A DNA stretch of 63,816 nt, filler included, from Nemertoderma westbladi (Eukaryota; Animalia; Xenacoelomorpha): NCBI GenBank assembly GCA_032718475.1. It is 3 parts of 3 records of this genome, joined end to end, with 100 filler letters (N's around TTAATTAATTAA, not from the genome) between each part and the next. Parts side by side here need not be neighbours in the genome. Positions count along the whole stretch, not along the records: positions 1 to 31,142 come from JAUCBJ010003599.1; 2 more parts are not named here. One strand, written 5' to 3'. A model generated the notes under the pieces. The model had not been told where the DNA came from. It searched no databases and saw only the letters and a program-made list of their open reading frames with translations. Made by a program: the position numbers and the translations under genes. Of the stretch, positions 13,116 to 26,280 are shown piece after piece. Position 1 is the stretch's first letter. Every line of letters begins with the position of its first letter.

Positions 13116-15028
13116 CCCTATTAAACCCGGGGGTGGGGGGTCAATATGACCCCCCCCACCCCCCCCCCCCCCGTGGTTTTTTTATTAGAATTCTGAAACA
13201 AACGCAGTTGGGAATCTGAAATTTTATGACTTTTCCTAAAAATCTATTGTCTTCCTAGTAGTGAAAACCGTTTTCAAAAATATTGGGTACTTTTCGAGTT
13301 ATAGCACCATCTTTTAACCCTACTTTTGGCACTTTTTTTGAGACGTTTTTTGAAAATTACATTTCATTAAATATGAATTGTAACATCTCTATTTTTGATT
13401 TACACCGGTTTTTTGGTGTGAGAAATTGGATGGAATTCATATAAATTGATTTCGAAATTTAAAACTTGTTTTTATCGGTGGGTGCCAAATTTTGGTGCCA
13501 GCACCAAATTTTGAAATATGTCAATTTTGTAAATTGATTGTTTGAAACTTGTTTTTTACGCAATTGGGGTTTTTTGGGGTTCTGGATTCGATGAAATATA
13601 TACGAGTTGCACCAAGCGTATCAAACTTGTATTTTTCGGTGCTGTGTGCAAATTTTGGTGCTAGCACAAAATTTTGAAAATCCATTCAATAGATAAAATT
13701 GCTTGTGACAATTTATTTCTTGCGTTTTAGAGGTTTATGCCTGTTCGGAATTAAATGGAATATATAATTATCGAACTAGACTTCTCAGCACCAAATTTTG
13801 AAAACCATCAAATATATCAATTGATTGTGTCACCTTGTTTCTTGCGTTATACGGGTTTGTGATGGTTCTGAATGCAATGGAATCAGTAAAAATTTCATAA
13901 GAGTTCTCAAAATTGTATTTTTCGCCGGTGGGTGAAAATTGTTGTGCCAGCACCAAATTTTGGAAAACATGCAAATTGATCAGTAGATAGTATCATCTTG
14001 TTTCTTGCGTTATACGGGTTTATGAGGGTCATGAATCCGATGGAATCAATAAAAACAGCACTGGACATCGCATCGCAGTACTTTTTGGTGATGGGTACGA
14101 AATTTGGTGCTAGCACCAAAATTTGCCAAATTACGCCGAAAAATACAAGTAGCAATGATCTGGCATATTAGAAATGTATTCCATTAGAATCAGCGCCCTC
14201 GAAAACTTGAAAATGTGAATTTATAGCATCGTATAAGTGAATTAAAAATTTTGTGTTCTAACTGAAAAGTGCTGGTTACTTGTTTTTTTAATTTTTTTCC
14301 TACGCAGAGAGGACTAAACAGCCATTTATAGCAATCATATCAGTTTTAAATATTTTCCAATGTATTTTGCACCCCAGAAAACCTGTATTGAAAAATAATT
14401 AGCCGAAAATGTAACTTTCAAATTTTGTGAAAATTGTGCACTAGGGGCCGTCCAAGTATGACGTCTGCACTTTTCCCCAAAATGTTGACCCCCTCCCTCC
14501 CTTAAATCAGATGTCATCATATAGGCGTTGACTCCCCCCCCCCTCCCCTAAATCAGATTAAAAAAATTTTCGCGTCCTAATCACTGAAACATGGTGACTG
14601 GTAACTGAAACAGAAGGTCGTGCTACGGGCCTCCGGGGACTTCGAACAATTAAAATAGGCAAGCTATTTACTCTTCTGCTATATCTCTTCTAGCACATAT
14701 AAATGAACATGCTGACGTCAGATTTTGGCTGACCCCCTCCCCTCCCCTCATCAGCTCGTCATCAGATTTTCCCAACCCCCCTCCCCCCACTAAAGTGCTG
14801 ACGTCATACTTGGTCGGCCCCCTACTTGTAATTTTGGTGCTGCAATATAACCACCCCAGTACATTTTTTCGAAAATTTTTTTTTTCGGTCGGATCCAGCC
14901 AAGTGATACCTACGTACAAACAAAAAATCAGACGTTTTCGTAAATATTTGTAGATTTCAGAGGGGACAGGTTCCCCCCCCCCCCCCCCCGGTATTTGTAC
15001 AACATTTTATAGCCCGGTACTAATAGCG
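13116..15028 (+). mobile_element. Full-length piggyBac-type non-autonomous element
   Basis: TTAA flanks at 13112-13115 and 15029-15032. TIR CCCTATTAAACCCGG / CCCGGTACTAATAGCG. Internal degenerate tandem units (gcaccaaaattttg). Confidence 0.8.
14444..14821. mobile_element. PIF/Harbinger MITE nested in the piggyBac-type element
   Basis: TIR GGGGCCGTCCAAGTATGACGTC / GACGTCATACTTGGTCGGCCCC with a 3-bp TSD CTA (14441-14443, 14822-14824). Confidence 0.85.
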
Positions 15029-16949
15029 TTAAGGTAACAAAGTTATCAAATTTCAAATCATCAAATTTGATGTCAATTATGCACCATTGTGTAATTAAAT
15101 AATACTAGCTACTATAACATACTAGTTATACTTTGTGAGTGGAGATGATATTCCAGAACGTTATTCAAATAATCACACCAACAATGTTGGATGATTCGCA
15201 TCTTATGTTTGTGATATCTGTTAACTCTAATTGTTATCTTATTAAATATATTTATTAAAATTTGATTAAACTAGCTAGTGAAACAAAAAACAACTTAATA
15301 TTTTAATGCTAAATTTATTAATAATTAACAACGTAATTACTGATCTAGAATACTATGCGAAATCAACACAATAAACATCCACCCGCAGTTTTGCGGACAA
15401 TAAAGGGAATATTTTGATTAACGTACATTATATGTAACGTTGTTTAGCTATGTATTGCTGAAGTATGCAATGAATTAATAGGAATATACCTAAAATTATT
15501 GAAGGTTGACTGGATAATAATCACTTATATTATGTTATCAATTATGTTATCTAAAGTATTTAATGGGTTATAAGAATTGTTTGTCATATTCTATAACATT
15601 TCTGCTTAAAAAAACGGCAGCTAATTTTAGAGGTGATACACTGTTACATGTAAATGTACTAATTTATTCACTTATAATTGACCAATAGGATTACAGATAA
15701 AGTGAGAAGTAAGTGATAAACCCTCACATTCATGAAATATAGGGATTTGAAGAGAAGAGCAAGAGTGGGATTTTTGGCTTGGTATAATTTCCGATGACAA
15801 AACAAATCTTACTGAATCTGGAACAATCCCAATAATATCCATTCATTAGATCCTAAAAAATTATGGAAGCAGTTTCATCAGGAATCCATGCATTTGTTAC
15901 ATATACCTGAAACCCCCCTATTACACACTACACTGGTTATTTCTTAGCTTTTCATATCTTTGTAAATCTTACAAATCATTTCCTGTCGAATTTACATAAA
16001 AAACTGGTAATCTGAGAGTGAACTTAATCAAGAGCTTACGATGCCATGATTACTAATTATGTGTCAATGCAGGCCTATGGCCCACCGGTAAAGAAAGAAA
16101 AGCATTGTCCCTCAGAGACAAAAGTTTGGGTGCAATCTTCGCCCGCGTCCAACATTCGCGCGCGGGAAACCTTCTCCGGCGTCCAACCTTCGCCCGATTG
16201 GGGGAAAGAAGCAGGTTACAGGCAACTGGCGTGACTTACATGGACCTGCGCCCTAAAAGCCCACACCAATGCTTGTAAGGATATTGGTTTGTGTAAATTA
16301 TTTGCATATATTTTAAAGAAACTGAGGATAGTCGCATTACGTCCCTTGTGAACAAAGGGAGTCAGTCCCCTGTTCCCACTGACAACGGATTGAAATTATC
16401 ACAAATCTGTATCAATTCCCACCACTACATTTCTGCTGCTGTAACAGCCCATCCTGGCTGGATGGGGGTAAACGCCACACTAAATGTTCCGTAAGGCAGT
16501 AGGCCTAAACATCTGACTGTTAATTCTAAATTAAATTGGGAATTCTACAATTTTCCTAACTATCGTTTATTGTTTTTCTTCCTCGCATCCCGCCTATGTA
16601 AACTTTACTAACCTGGCCACAACTAGGTTTATGTGTGTGGGCATAGCTTTTACTATGGGGCGCCATTTAAACCAAAAGTAATTGATAAACCACACATAGA
16701 GCTCACTGCGGCGTGGGGTGGTAATTTGCAATTATTTCTATGGTGTGGGGGTATTTCTACACCAAAACTAAAAAGCAGGTGGGGAATTCAAACGTAGGGC
16801 AAAATTAATGTTTGCATTACCAAATGGTGCAGGGAAACATTTTCCATTAATAATACAATAAACTGTTTACGAAACAAACAGTATTTTAAACAGTACAAAC
16901 AGTACTAAAATAAATCATTCAACCATTTATAAGTTCCCATTCAAAACCC

Positions 16950-17590
16950 CAATAACTTCTATATAAATATTTATTACAAAGTAACCATCGTAGTTGAACC
17001 ATCGTGCTTATCTCGTAGAATCTCAACCACTCCGCTGAAATAGCAACGATGTAAAGATTACATACACCCTCATTATCAATCCCAGTTTCACTATCAGGGT
17101 CAGCCGGTCAGGATCGATTCCATATGCTTGTACTTCATCTTGTGCAGGATAACATCTATCTTATTTACGAGTACACTTTCGGTCCATAACTGAATAGGCG
17201 ACTTGTTATGTGCCGTAGAGAGACCATGATGGTTTAATGATGGAATTGATGGAATAATTGATGGTCAGTAATTGATTTTGATCAGTAATTGATGGAATGT
17301 AAATATTTCGCGCTTTCAATGCTCCATTTAAATATACCTCCCCTATATTTGGATTTCGCCGAATGACATCTTAATGGCTATGTCTGTGTCCTCATTATAA
17401 ATCGCAGTGCAACGAGAATAAAGACGTCCATTTTCATCACTAATTCCCACACGCCGACGTCGAATAGTCCAAGCGCTAACATTTAACAATTTGGCGAAAT
17501 CGTCAGTTTTAAATCGTAAATTTGTCAGAAAGCGCAAGGATTCTTCATTAATTATAAGTTTAGGCCGGCCACTAAGATTGGCAAACGCTA
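16950..17590 (-). pseudogene. Internally deleted IS3EU-like (integrase-core) DNA transposase remnant
   Basis: Minus-strand fragments FAKLLNVSAWTIRRR (HTH), GEVYLNGALKARNI, SPIQLW and AYGIDP occur in the expected order, but the catalytic core is missing. Confidence 0.55.
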
Positions 17591-17624
17591 TACTGTATTG
17601 TATTAATCGTAATTAATAATAGCC

Positions 17625-17797
17625 GAAATTTGCACTCTCGGGCCAAGTTTGCATTCTCGGGCCGTGTTTGCATTCTTGGGACGAGTTTGCATTCTTGGGA
17701 CGAGTTTGCATTCTCGGGCCGAGTTTGCATTCTCGGGCCGAGTTTGCATTATCAGGCCGAATTTACATTCTCGGGCGAGTTTGCATTCTCGGGCCGA
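17625..17797. repeat. 19-bp tandem repeat GGCCGAGTTTGCATTCTCG, about 9 copies; probable subterminal repeat of the IS3EU-like element
   Basis: Direct inspection. Confidence 0.85.
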
Positions 17798-18157
17798 TAA
17801 TATCGTGTACTTTTGGCGGGAACGGCGCCCCATACACCCTCAATATGTTCGGTTGAGCAATTTAACTTCATCACCAATATATTCACCAATATTGACAATA
17901 ATTTCAGTAATTACATGCATTCCATGTGGTTCAATATTTGTAGTCGCACTGCCTATACCTTTCTCTCTGACTAGCGTAGTTTAGTTTTCGTTTTTCTTGC
18001 ATTACTAGATGTCACTTGTTCGGTTGGTGTTATGTGAAAGTATGAAAATGAGTGATTATCTTCAATGAATTAATAATAATTTTATAATTTATTTTCAATA
18101 AGAATATCATTTAAATATATTTCTTTAATTATATTCGTTACTTAATTATTTTTTTAG

Positions 18158-19517
18158 ATGTAAGGAGTTGGAATACTGTTGTGAGGATTTGGGATGCTGC
18201 CGAAAAACCCTGCATTACTTAATGTGGTATCATTGGCTGTTGTTCACTGTCACAGCATGTTTGGGAGGGCTTGTAGTGGCGGCGACCTTTTATTATATTC
18301 GAACAAAAAAAAGTATTAACAGAGACAATGACATTCAGGAAGCCAACCTTCACAGTCATAATGGTGTTGCTATACCTGCCGGTGGTGCAGCTCATGTTTG
18401 GAATGAAAATGAAGTGACTGGAATAGCTATCTCTAAAGAGATATATCGTGAAGAAGATTGCCCACCACCTTATTCCAGAGTATATGAGAGAGAAAATCAT
18501 TACCATAAGAACAAAGAGAACAAATATGTTGATGCATTTTCATCACTTAATTATGACGATAGTGATCGTTTATCATACACTACGGTACAACAAAAACCGG
18601 CGAAACAAGCAAACATTGTAGAATTTCAATCCCAACATAGTGGAAATTCCACGAGGTATATAAATAATGTATTCAACGACAATTTAATTATAAGACTACA
18701 AGGACAATCAGGAACAAATATTAACCCTAACCATGTCAGTGACAATTTGCAAAGCGTTGAAACTAATGTTGCTATGTCCAAAGAAATAACTTTTGGAAGC
18801 AGAAATGATATTAAAGCTAATCTGGATGCTAATATAAAGAAGGAGAGCAATAATCATTTAAATGCCTCTTTTGACAAAAACAGTCCCCCAGTTACTGAAT
18901 GTGATAATTCCACTAGAGATAGAAAACTTACATATCAATATCTGGAAAACGAAAATATAGTGTCTGCTGATACTATGGACACTGGCACTGGCAGTGACAG
19001 TGGAAATATTTCTACGTTAACATTATCTGATAGAAATCCAGAGTTAGATCCTTCAAGGTATCACTTTCCTGATTACAATGAAACCAATAAGAAAATGACA
19101 CATTATCAGATGTGGTCAAGCTGCAGATTGGCGAGTAGCTCGTCGATGCCAAATGTCAGCGATATTGATGATGGAGTTCAAGAAATTCTCAACCGATACA
19201 AACATCAAATCAGCTGCGATAAATTGAAATTTGACAATAGCAACTTCCACCACAAGAGCAATGAATTAATAGTTTCTTTAGATAATGTTGTTGAAGAAAG
19301 TGCAAATGTTGCCAAAATAGAAACCGTTAACGACTTAAACAATTTACAGTCTGTTGAATCTCCAGCAAGTGAAGTGAAGCATTATGACAATCCTAAACAT
19401 GACAGAAACATTAATTTACATATTCAGGCTCAGAGAAAGTTTGATAACAGTCCATTTCTTGGAAAAGACTCATTAGCGGATAATGACACTTCATGTGGGG
19501 ATGTGCATTTTGTCTAA
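18158..19517 (+). CDS. Terminal exon of a WBP1/VOPP1-like single-pass membrane protein
   Basis: Acceptor TTTTTAG at 18157. Cys-rich CKELEYCCEDLGCC, aromatic YLMWYHWLL, TM helix, PPPY WW-binding motif and a long disordered tail. Upstream exons not located. Confidence 0.75.
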
Positions 19518-20329
19518 CTTGTCAATGAATCAATCGCTTGACTATCGGGATAGTATTGGTGACCGTTATAATGATACCGATTGGCATAATGTTGTATGGC
19601 TATTAATGACTGGACATTGATGTTTCATTTTCAACATTCAAAGTTGTATTGCAAATTTTTACAATAAGCCATTAGCATAATCATTCAGTTGTTCTGTAGC
19701 TGAAGGGTATACCCATCCCCCACTCCTCCCGTTAAGCAACGTTATTTTAGTTACTAAGTTACAGCAAAGTACTGCTTTGGAAAATGTGAGAAATTGTAGT
19801 TTCCAGTATGCATGCACTCAACACGTTTTGTGGGGCCTTCGTACAGCACGAACCTCAGTTATCAGATCAGATTAAAATTGAGCACAAAATCGGTATTTAA
19901 AAAATTTAACCAAACCGCCAATAAGCATAAATCAAAGAAGAGAGGAAAGTTCCCCCCTTCAACCTTCGTCTTAATCTGCACCACACCAACCCAAAGGCGC
20001 ACAGAGGATTAATGAAAGGCAGTGGTATTAACAGGAAATTTGTGTTTTTAAACTTTATTTGTGTTTTGTCTTTTAAAAGCACATTTCTTAAAGAAAAACT
20101 AATTAAAAACTATAATTGAATGGGGATTACAGCTGTATAATTTTTAAGTATAATTATTTATATTAAGTAATTATATTTTATATTGTATTATATTTATATA
20201 AAGTAATTAATTTCCATTAAAGGTAGGTTGAAAAAAATGCCGTTTTTTACCGCAATCAACTTAATTAACTAATTAACTGTTGTTATCTTAGTTTCTCCAA
20301 GGCCACACGCAAATTCAACTTGGGAATTT

Positions 20330-20495
20330 TCTAAACTTTTGCCAGACTACATGTGTACCAAATTTGGATAGATTTCATCGATTTTGTCCGAGTTATTAAC
20401 TTTTAAAGTTGAACACAACAGAACGACAGAGACACACCGATTGAGTTAGTGGTACCCGTATGCTAAGCTCACTTACTTCCGTGGCTCGCCCTAAA
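20330..20495 (-). mobile_element. Helentron-associated (HINE/DINE-like) non-autonomous fragment
   Basis: Reverse-complement similarity to 25900-26060 (gggcgagccacg.aagt...ggtacca...ccaaa.ttggtac). Confidence 0.45.
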
Positions 20496-21200
20496 TAGTT
20501 TGCGGCCAAGATTAATAATATTAGTGACACCATAGTGTTCAAGTTTATTCAACATCATTTTGTGGTCAATGGTGTCAAAGGCCTTTTTAAGGTCTATGTA
20601 GATGGCACAAGCAGAGTGCTTGTTATCTAGGATGGAGTGTTTTTTAAGTAATAGACATGATAGCATGGGAGGTAGTTGTTTTTGGGCGAAATCTATATTG
20701 GGAATTGGTAAGGATGTTATATTTAGATAACTATGTAGTTGCGAGTTGATTATTTGTTCATAAAATTTAAAATTTGTCTATAGTTAGAGGGGTCAGATGG
20801 GTCATCAGCTTTATATAGGGTGATTACTTTTGCTATCTTTAGCGAATCTAGAAAGAAACCATGTGATATAGAGATATTTATAAGGTTACTTATGTGAATA
20901 GATATGTGCTTAGCGGCTAGGATTAGTATAGTAGTTTAGTGGGGAATGGGTCGTTAGATGCAGTAGAAGGAATTCAACCTAAACTGGAGAAGTTTTCGTG
21001 AGCGCAAACGAGTTTGTTCGGGGAAGATTAAGATTGCGTAGAGGAGAGCGGGTAGATTTGGGGCAGGCACTAGCAAGTTTAGGTCCTATGGAAGAGAAAT
21101 GGTTATTTAATACATTTTTTCAGTTAATTGCATTTAATACATATTTAATGCATCTGTACTTTACTAGACTAGGGGATATACTAAACCGACCATCTCACTG
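20496..21200 (-). mobile_element. Decayed CR1/L2-type LINE RT fragment
   Basis: AIYIDLKKAFDTIDHKMMLNKLEHYG, PQYRFRPK and LKIAKVITLYK fragments with stops and frameshifts. Confidence 0.7.
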
Positions 21201-22014
21201 AAGGTAGGAGGGAGTAATTTAGTAAAGATAGGCAAATACCAAACTGCTTGCATCTCTTTCCATTGAAACTATATGATATATTTTTCGAAAGTTCGGTTGT
21301 TACCCAGAATATTTAACGTTAATTTAAAATCCACTATATGCTCCATATATGTGTCTGTGTCCATGCGAAAACACAACTAAATTTGAAGATTTCTACCTCA
21401 TTCAAAATTGTTGGCAGAAAACGCCAACACCCAGGTTGAATCTCGGATAGATTAGGCCAGGGTTAATATTAATAGTGACATTGTTTGGCACTGATTATCT
21501 ATGCATCATATAACGCATCAATACGTAAGGTGGCGCAAGGCTTCTATTTTGGTTGTCATACTGTAGGCTTATAATAACTGTATCAAAACACGACTGAGCG
21601 AGCCTTAGCAAACAACGATCATTAGTCAGTCTGTGGTGTCTGGCAGTGATAATTGACAATTGAAAATTATAATTGATAATATATATTTGACGATTATCAT
21701 TAATTAATTTTTATGTTTGCCGGCTCTTATTATCAGTTTACAATCACATTGACCTCTAAATTAACCTCGGCTATAGGTTAACCCGGTTAATCTGACTCTC
21801 CGTCGATATTTCACAAGTTTAACCTAAATAGTGATTTTTTAGTACTGTTATTAGTACTGGCCATATGCAAGGATTAAAAGTATGTAACACAATCTGATTT
21901 TGGCTGAATAATAACAGAGATATGGGTGGATACAAAGTTGTTTGGTAGTGCACCAGCACATGGAGATTTTATTATAACCGTATTGTTATAATAATTAATA
22001 TAATAAGTGACTCC

Positions 22015-22260
22015 CGTTTGTTATATCCCTGAAACAGACGCAGTTGCGAATCTGAAATTTTATGACTTTTCCTAAATGTCTATTGTCTTCCTAATAGTGA
22101 ACACCGCTTTTAAAAATATTGAAGACTTTTCTAGTTATACTGTATAGCACCTTTTTAAACCTTACTTTTGGCACTATTTTTGGGACGGTTTTTTGGAAAA
22201 TAATTTTCATGAAATATGATATGTAACGCCTCTATTTTTGAAATACACAGATTTTTCTGG
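22015..22260 (+). mobile_element. Fragment of the 13116-15028 piggyBac-type MITE family
   Basis: Similar to 13170-13410. Confidence 0.6.
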
Positions 22261-22489
22261 AGTTCGATTTATTTCTCACAATTCGATGGATAGTTCTGAA
22301 AGAGTCTGATAGTTCTGAAAGACAATTACCGCAAGGTAACGAAAGCTACTAAAAGTTATGCGAAGGGGCGAAAGCCATCAATTTACTGATAGGGGGCAAA
22401 TTTCGCACTTTCAGCGTTCGATATCATTCATAAACAATTTGTTTTAAACAATTTTTTATGCATTTGATAAACTACAAATAATACTATAA

Positions 22490-23000
22490 TAATTATTTTC
22501 TGTTTGGACAAAACAAATTACGTCGACAAGGTGATGGCTGTCCTGTCAAATAAAACCAATTTCAAGGAACTAAACTCCACTCCTGATTGTTGGTTTTTGG
22601 ACTCACTTAGCTTAGAGCTGAAGGCCGTTATAAACTTTGCTCCGAAAACTTTAAACCAGTTTGGAATATACTTCCCGTTCAGGGATAGACTTCCCGTGTC
22701 AGACCTGTCACCTTGTATAAATGTAAGTGCAGTAGCTGTAATGCTACCTATATCGGTAAATCCGAGCGTCATTTCAAGGTGAGAGTATCTGAACATTTGG
22801 GAAAATCTCCACGTACCTCGCTTAATCTCGCCTTATCCTCCCCTGGTCATAGAATATAATTCTAGGTCCTGGTAGAATATAATATCACATATGACATATG
22901 ACTTCACATACCTTGGTAGGGCACAAAATAACTATGATTTACTCATCAAAGAAAGTTTGTACATAGACCACGAAAAACCCATCGTAACCTGTTCTATTGA
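22490..23000 (+). mobile_element. Internally deleted Penelope-like retroelement remnant
   Basis: Pre-RT motif LDKTNYVDKVMAVLSNKTNFKEL followed closely by GIY-YIG motifs YKCKCSSCNATYIGKSERHFKVRVSEHLG and LLIKESLYI. Confidence 0.75.
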
Positions 23001-23607
23001 GTTTAATTTATTGTTTTGGTTAAAATAACGTGCCACTGTAACCTGCTCCTTTCCATGAATTGAGAATTTAACATTGAGGAGGGATATTAATTCGCCAAGA
23101 TTGGATTTGCGTCCAGTTCCCCCCCCCCCCCCCCCTGTTTCAAAAATTAATAAAGCTTTGTTTAATCTTTCACGAAAAACCGGACACCTACCACATGGAA
23201 ATAATTCTTAATTATGAATACCGCGGAAGATTAAAGTAATCGTTTTATTATTCAGTTTATTTGTAAATCGATAGGCCGCCATCTTCAACGAATTGGCCAC
23301 CGAATTGAATATTATCATGTTAAATCTAACGAAGCTAAATCTTGGAACAGCTGTTGCGATGAATAAAAATATATTAACATTATAAACGAATGCTGATTCA
23401 TAATGCATTCAATTATTTTTTGGTTAATAAAATACCAATGCCAATACGAACGCCTTATGCATATGCATGTCAAAGTCATATTGATTTTCTACACTAATTT
23501 CAATATTGAAAGATATTAGAGGCTATTACATTTACTATAGGCCTACATTACCTTCAGCTAGTGAAGTCAACAACACATCTGGAATAGTGTCGTAAAGTTT
23601 CGGCTAA

Positions 23608-24909
23608 TTGTTTTTCAATACAGGTTTTCTGGGGCGCGAAATCCATTTGAAAATATTTAAAATGATCTGATTACTATAAATGGCTGTTTTAGTCCTCTTT
23701 GTAGGAAAAATGTAAAATACAAGTAACCAGCACTTTTCAGTTTTTTTTCTAATTTTTAATTCACTTATACAATGCTATAAATTCAATTTTCAGGTTTTCT
23801 GGGGGGCGCTGATGCTAATGGAATACATTTCTAATTTGCCAGATCAATGCTACTCGAATTTTTCGGCGGAATATGCCAAATTTTGGTGCTAGCACCAATT
23901 TTCATACCTATCACAAAAAAGTACAAGTTTGGTATGTACAGTGCTGTTTTTATTGATTCCATCGGATTGAGGACCCGCAAAAACCCGTATAACTCAAGAA
24001 ACAAGATGATACTATCTTTTGAAAAGTTCCTTATTTTCAAAAATTTGGTGCCGGCGCAACAATTTTCACCCACCGGCAAAAAATACAAGTTTAAAAACTC
24101 GTATGCAATTTTTACTTATTCCATTGAATTCAGAACCCTGACAAACCCGTATAACGCAAGAAACAAGGTGACACAATCAATTGATATATTTGATGTTTTT
24201 AAAATTTTGTCCTAGCACCCACTTCCGAAAAATACGGGTTTGAGATGTCTAGTTAGATAATTATTTATTCCATTGAATTCGGAACCGCCATAAACCTCTA
24301 AAACGCGAGAAATAAGTTGTCACAAGCAATTAAATTATTGAATGTATTTTCAAAATTTCGTGCTGGCCCCAAATTTTGCACACACAGCACCGAAAAATAC
24401 ACGTTTGAAACGCCTGGTGCAATTCGTATATATTCCATCGAAAACCCCAAAAAACCCCTATTGCGTAAAAAAAACAGGTTCAAACTATAAATTTACAAAA
24501 TTGACAAATTTCAAAATTTGGTGCTGGCACCAAAATTTGGCACCCGCCAAAAAAAACAAGTTTGAAATTTCTAAATTAATTTATATGAATTGCATCTAAT
24601 TGCAAACACCAAAAAACCGATGTAAATCAAAAATAGAGATGTTTCAAATCATATTTCATGAAATGTAATTTTCAAAACACGTCTCAAAAAAGTGCCAAAA
24701 GTAGGGTTAAAAAATGGTGCTATAACTCGAAAACTTCCCAATATTATTGATATTATTGACCAAACCGTTACAATTAGGAAACTATTAGGAAGACAATAAA
24801 TTTTTAGGAAAAGTCGTAAAATTTCAGATTACCTACTGCGTTTGTTTCAGAGTTATAACAAAAAATCCACGGGGGTGTCATATTGACCCCCCCCCCGGGT
24901 TTAATAGGG
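23608..24909 (-). mobile_element. Inverted, one-end-truncated copy of the 13116-15028 piggyBac-type element
   Basis: Ends CCCGGGTTTAATAGGG|TTAA (24910-24913). Colinear reverse-complement similarity to 13116-14400. Confidence 0.8.
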
Positions 24910-25879
24910 TTAAAGGCAATTATCTCAGAATGACAATTTTTTCATTTTTCATTTTTACTACTCCTCCGCTATTTTTCAAACAATTTGTAAGTTTTTGGCA
25001 TCAAATGAAAGCTACTACTAGTGTGCACTGTGCACAATAATAAAATTTGATTAGTTATTTGATAAATTTGATCTGTTATAAAAAATGTTACGAAAAAAAT
25101 AGTACTTTTTTGAAAATCTGAAAATTATTTTGAAATATAGCGGTATTTTGCTTGAAAAGTACGAAACAAAAATTCTACTCTAATTTTTTCACGCAACCGG
25201 TCATGATCATGCCAAAAAACAATTTGTAACTTCTGAAAATAAAGCCTAACAAAGGAGTAGCATTTTAAGTCGTAAATATAAATTTTTGCTCTTGCTGCTA
25301 AATTGCCGCGTCAAAATTATTTTTTCTTAATATTTCAATTCAATATAGTCCACCCAATATAGTCTACCCTTACACTTTATTTTTACTTATTCGCATTTTG
25401 GAGCAGTATGCATTTCAAAATGTTGACATTCAAGCCACTGCAGTGGAGATTTCAAATCTTCAAGCATAGCTAGTCTGTATTTGACACGCGTTCGAGCAGC
25501 ATGATTGTGTACAATTGAATAAGGCCCTTTTCATCAAAATGGTTCTAAATGTACAGATATGAATAAAATTGCTAAAGATTCATGTATTAATTATATTTTT
25601 AGGAAGAATGAAAAATTACGTTGAATTTCATTATTTTTTTGACAAAGTTATTATTATTGAACAAAGATAAATGGTATTATTTGAAATATTGAGAAGGTTT
25701 CAGTATTTCAGTCGTTGGATGTCATTGTTGGTCGGATATGTCGCGTTTCAACAAAAATCCGAGATTCAGCAAAAAGATGCGTTTTGTCAAAACTCTCGAT
25801 TTGGCATTTGCTGTACATTATGGTTAAAACAATGTATATATGTATTGTCCAACACAACATGTAGCTTTCTTACTTCATC

Positions 25880-26280
25880 CTGAGCGAAGGCCCCATGAAC
25901 GTGGGGCGAGCCACGAAGTGAGCGAAGCCTTATTATAGGGGTACCATTAACGAGTTGTCTGTCGACTGTCGTCTTCGTCGTTATCGTACATATTTGATCG
26001 CTAATAACTCGGTTATTCCTTGGTGAAATTAAACCAAACTTGGTACGTATGTAGTTCGTTAAAAGCTTAGAAAGAATCTTCTGAAGTTTGGTCCAACACG
26101 AACGCACTCAACGAGTTTTTCAATGGATACGAGTATCCATCTGAAATAAATCAGCTGTTACTCGAACAGTTTCGAGACTTTGCACAGTTATAAAGGTCGT
26201 TAGTCTCCGTTTAGGAAAAATATATTAAGACAAAACAGGACGAGCGCAACGAGGCAAATGAAGGATAAGAGTATTGTACA
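25880..26280 (+). mobile_element. HINE/DINE-like non-autonomous element
   Basis: gtctgtc/gtcgtc microsatellite and accaaacttggtac block. Related pieces at 20330-20495 and ~48100-48230. Confidence 0.45.
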
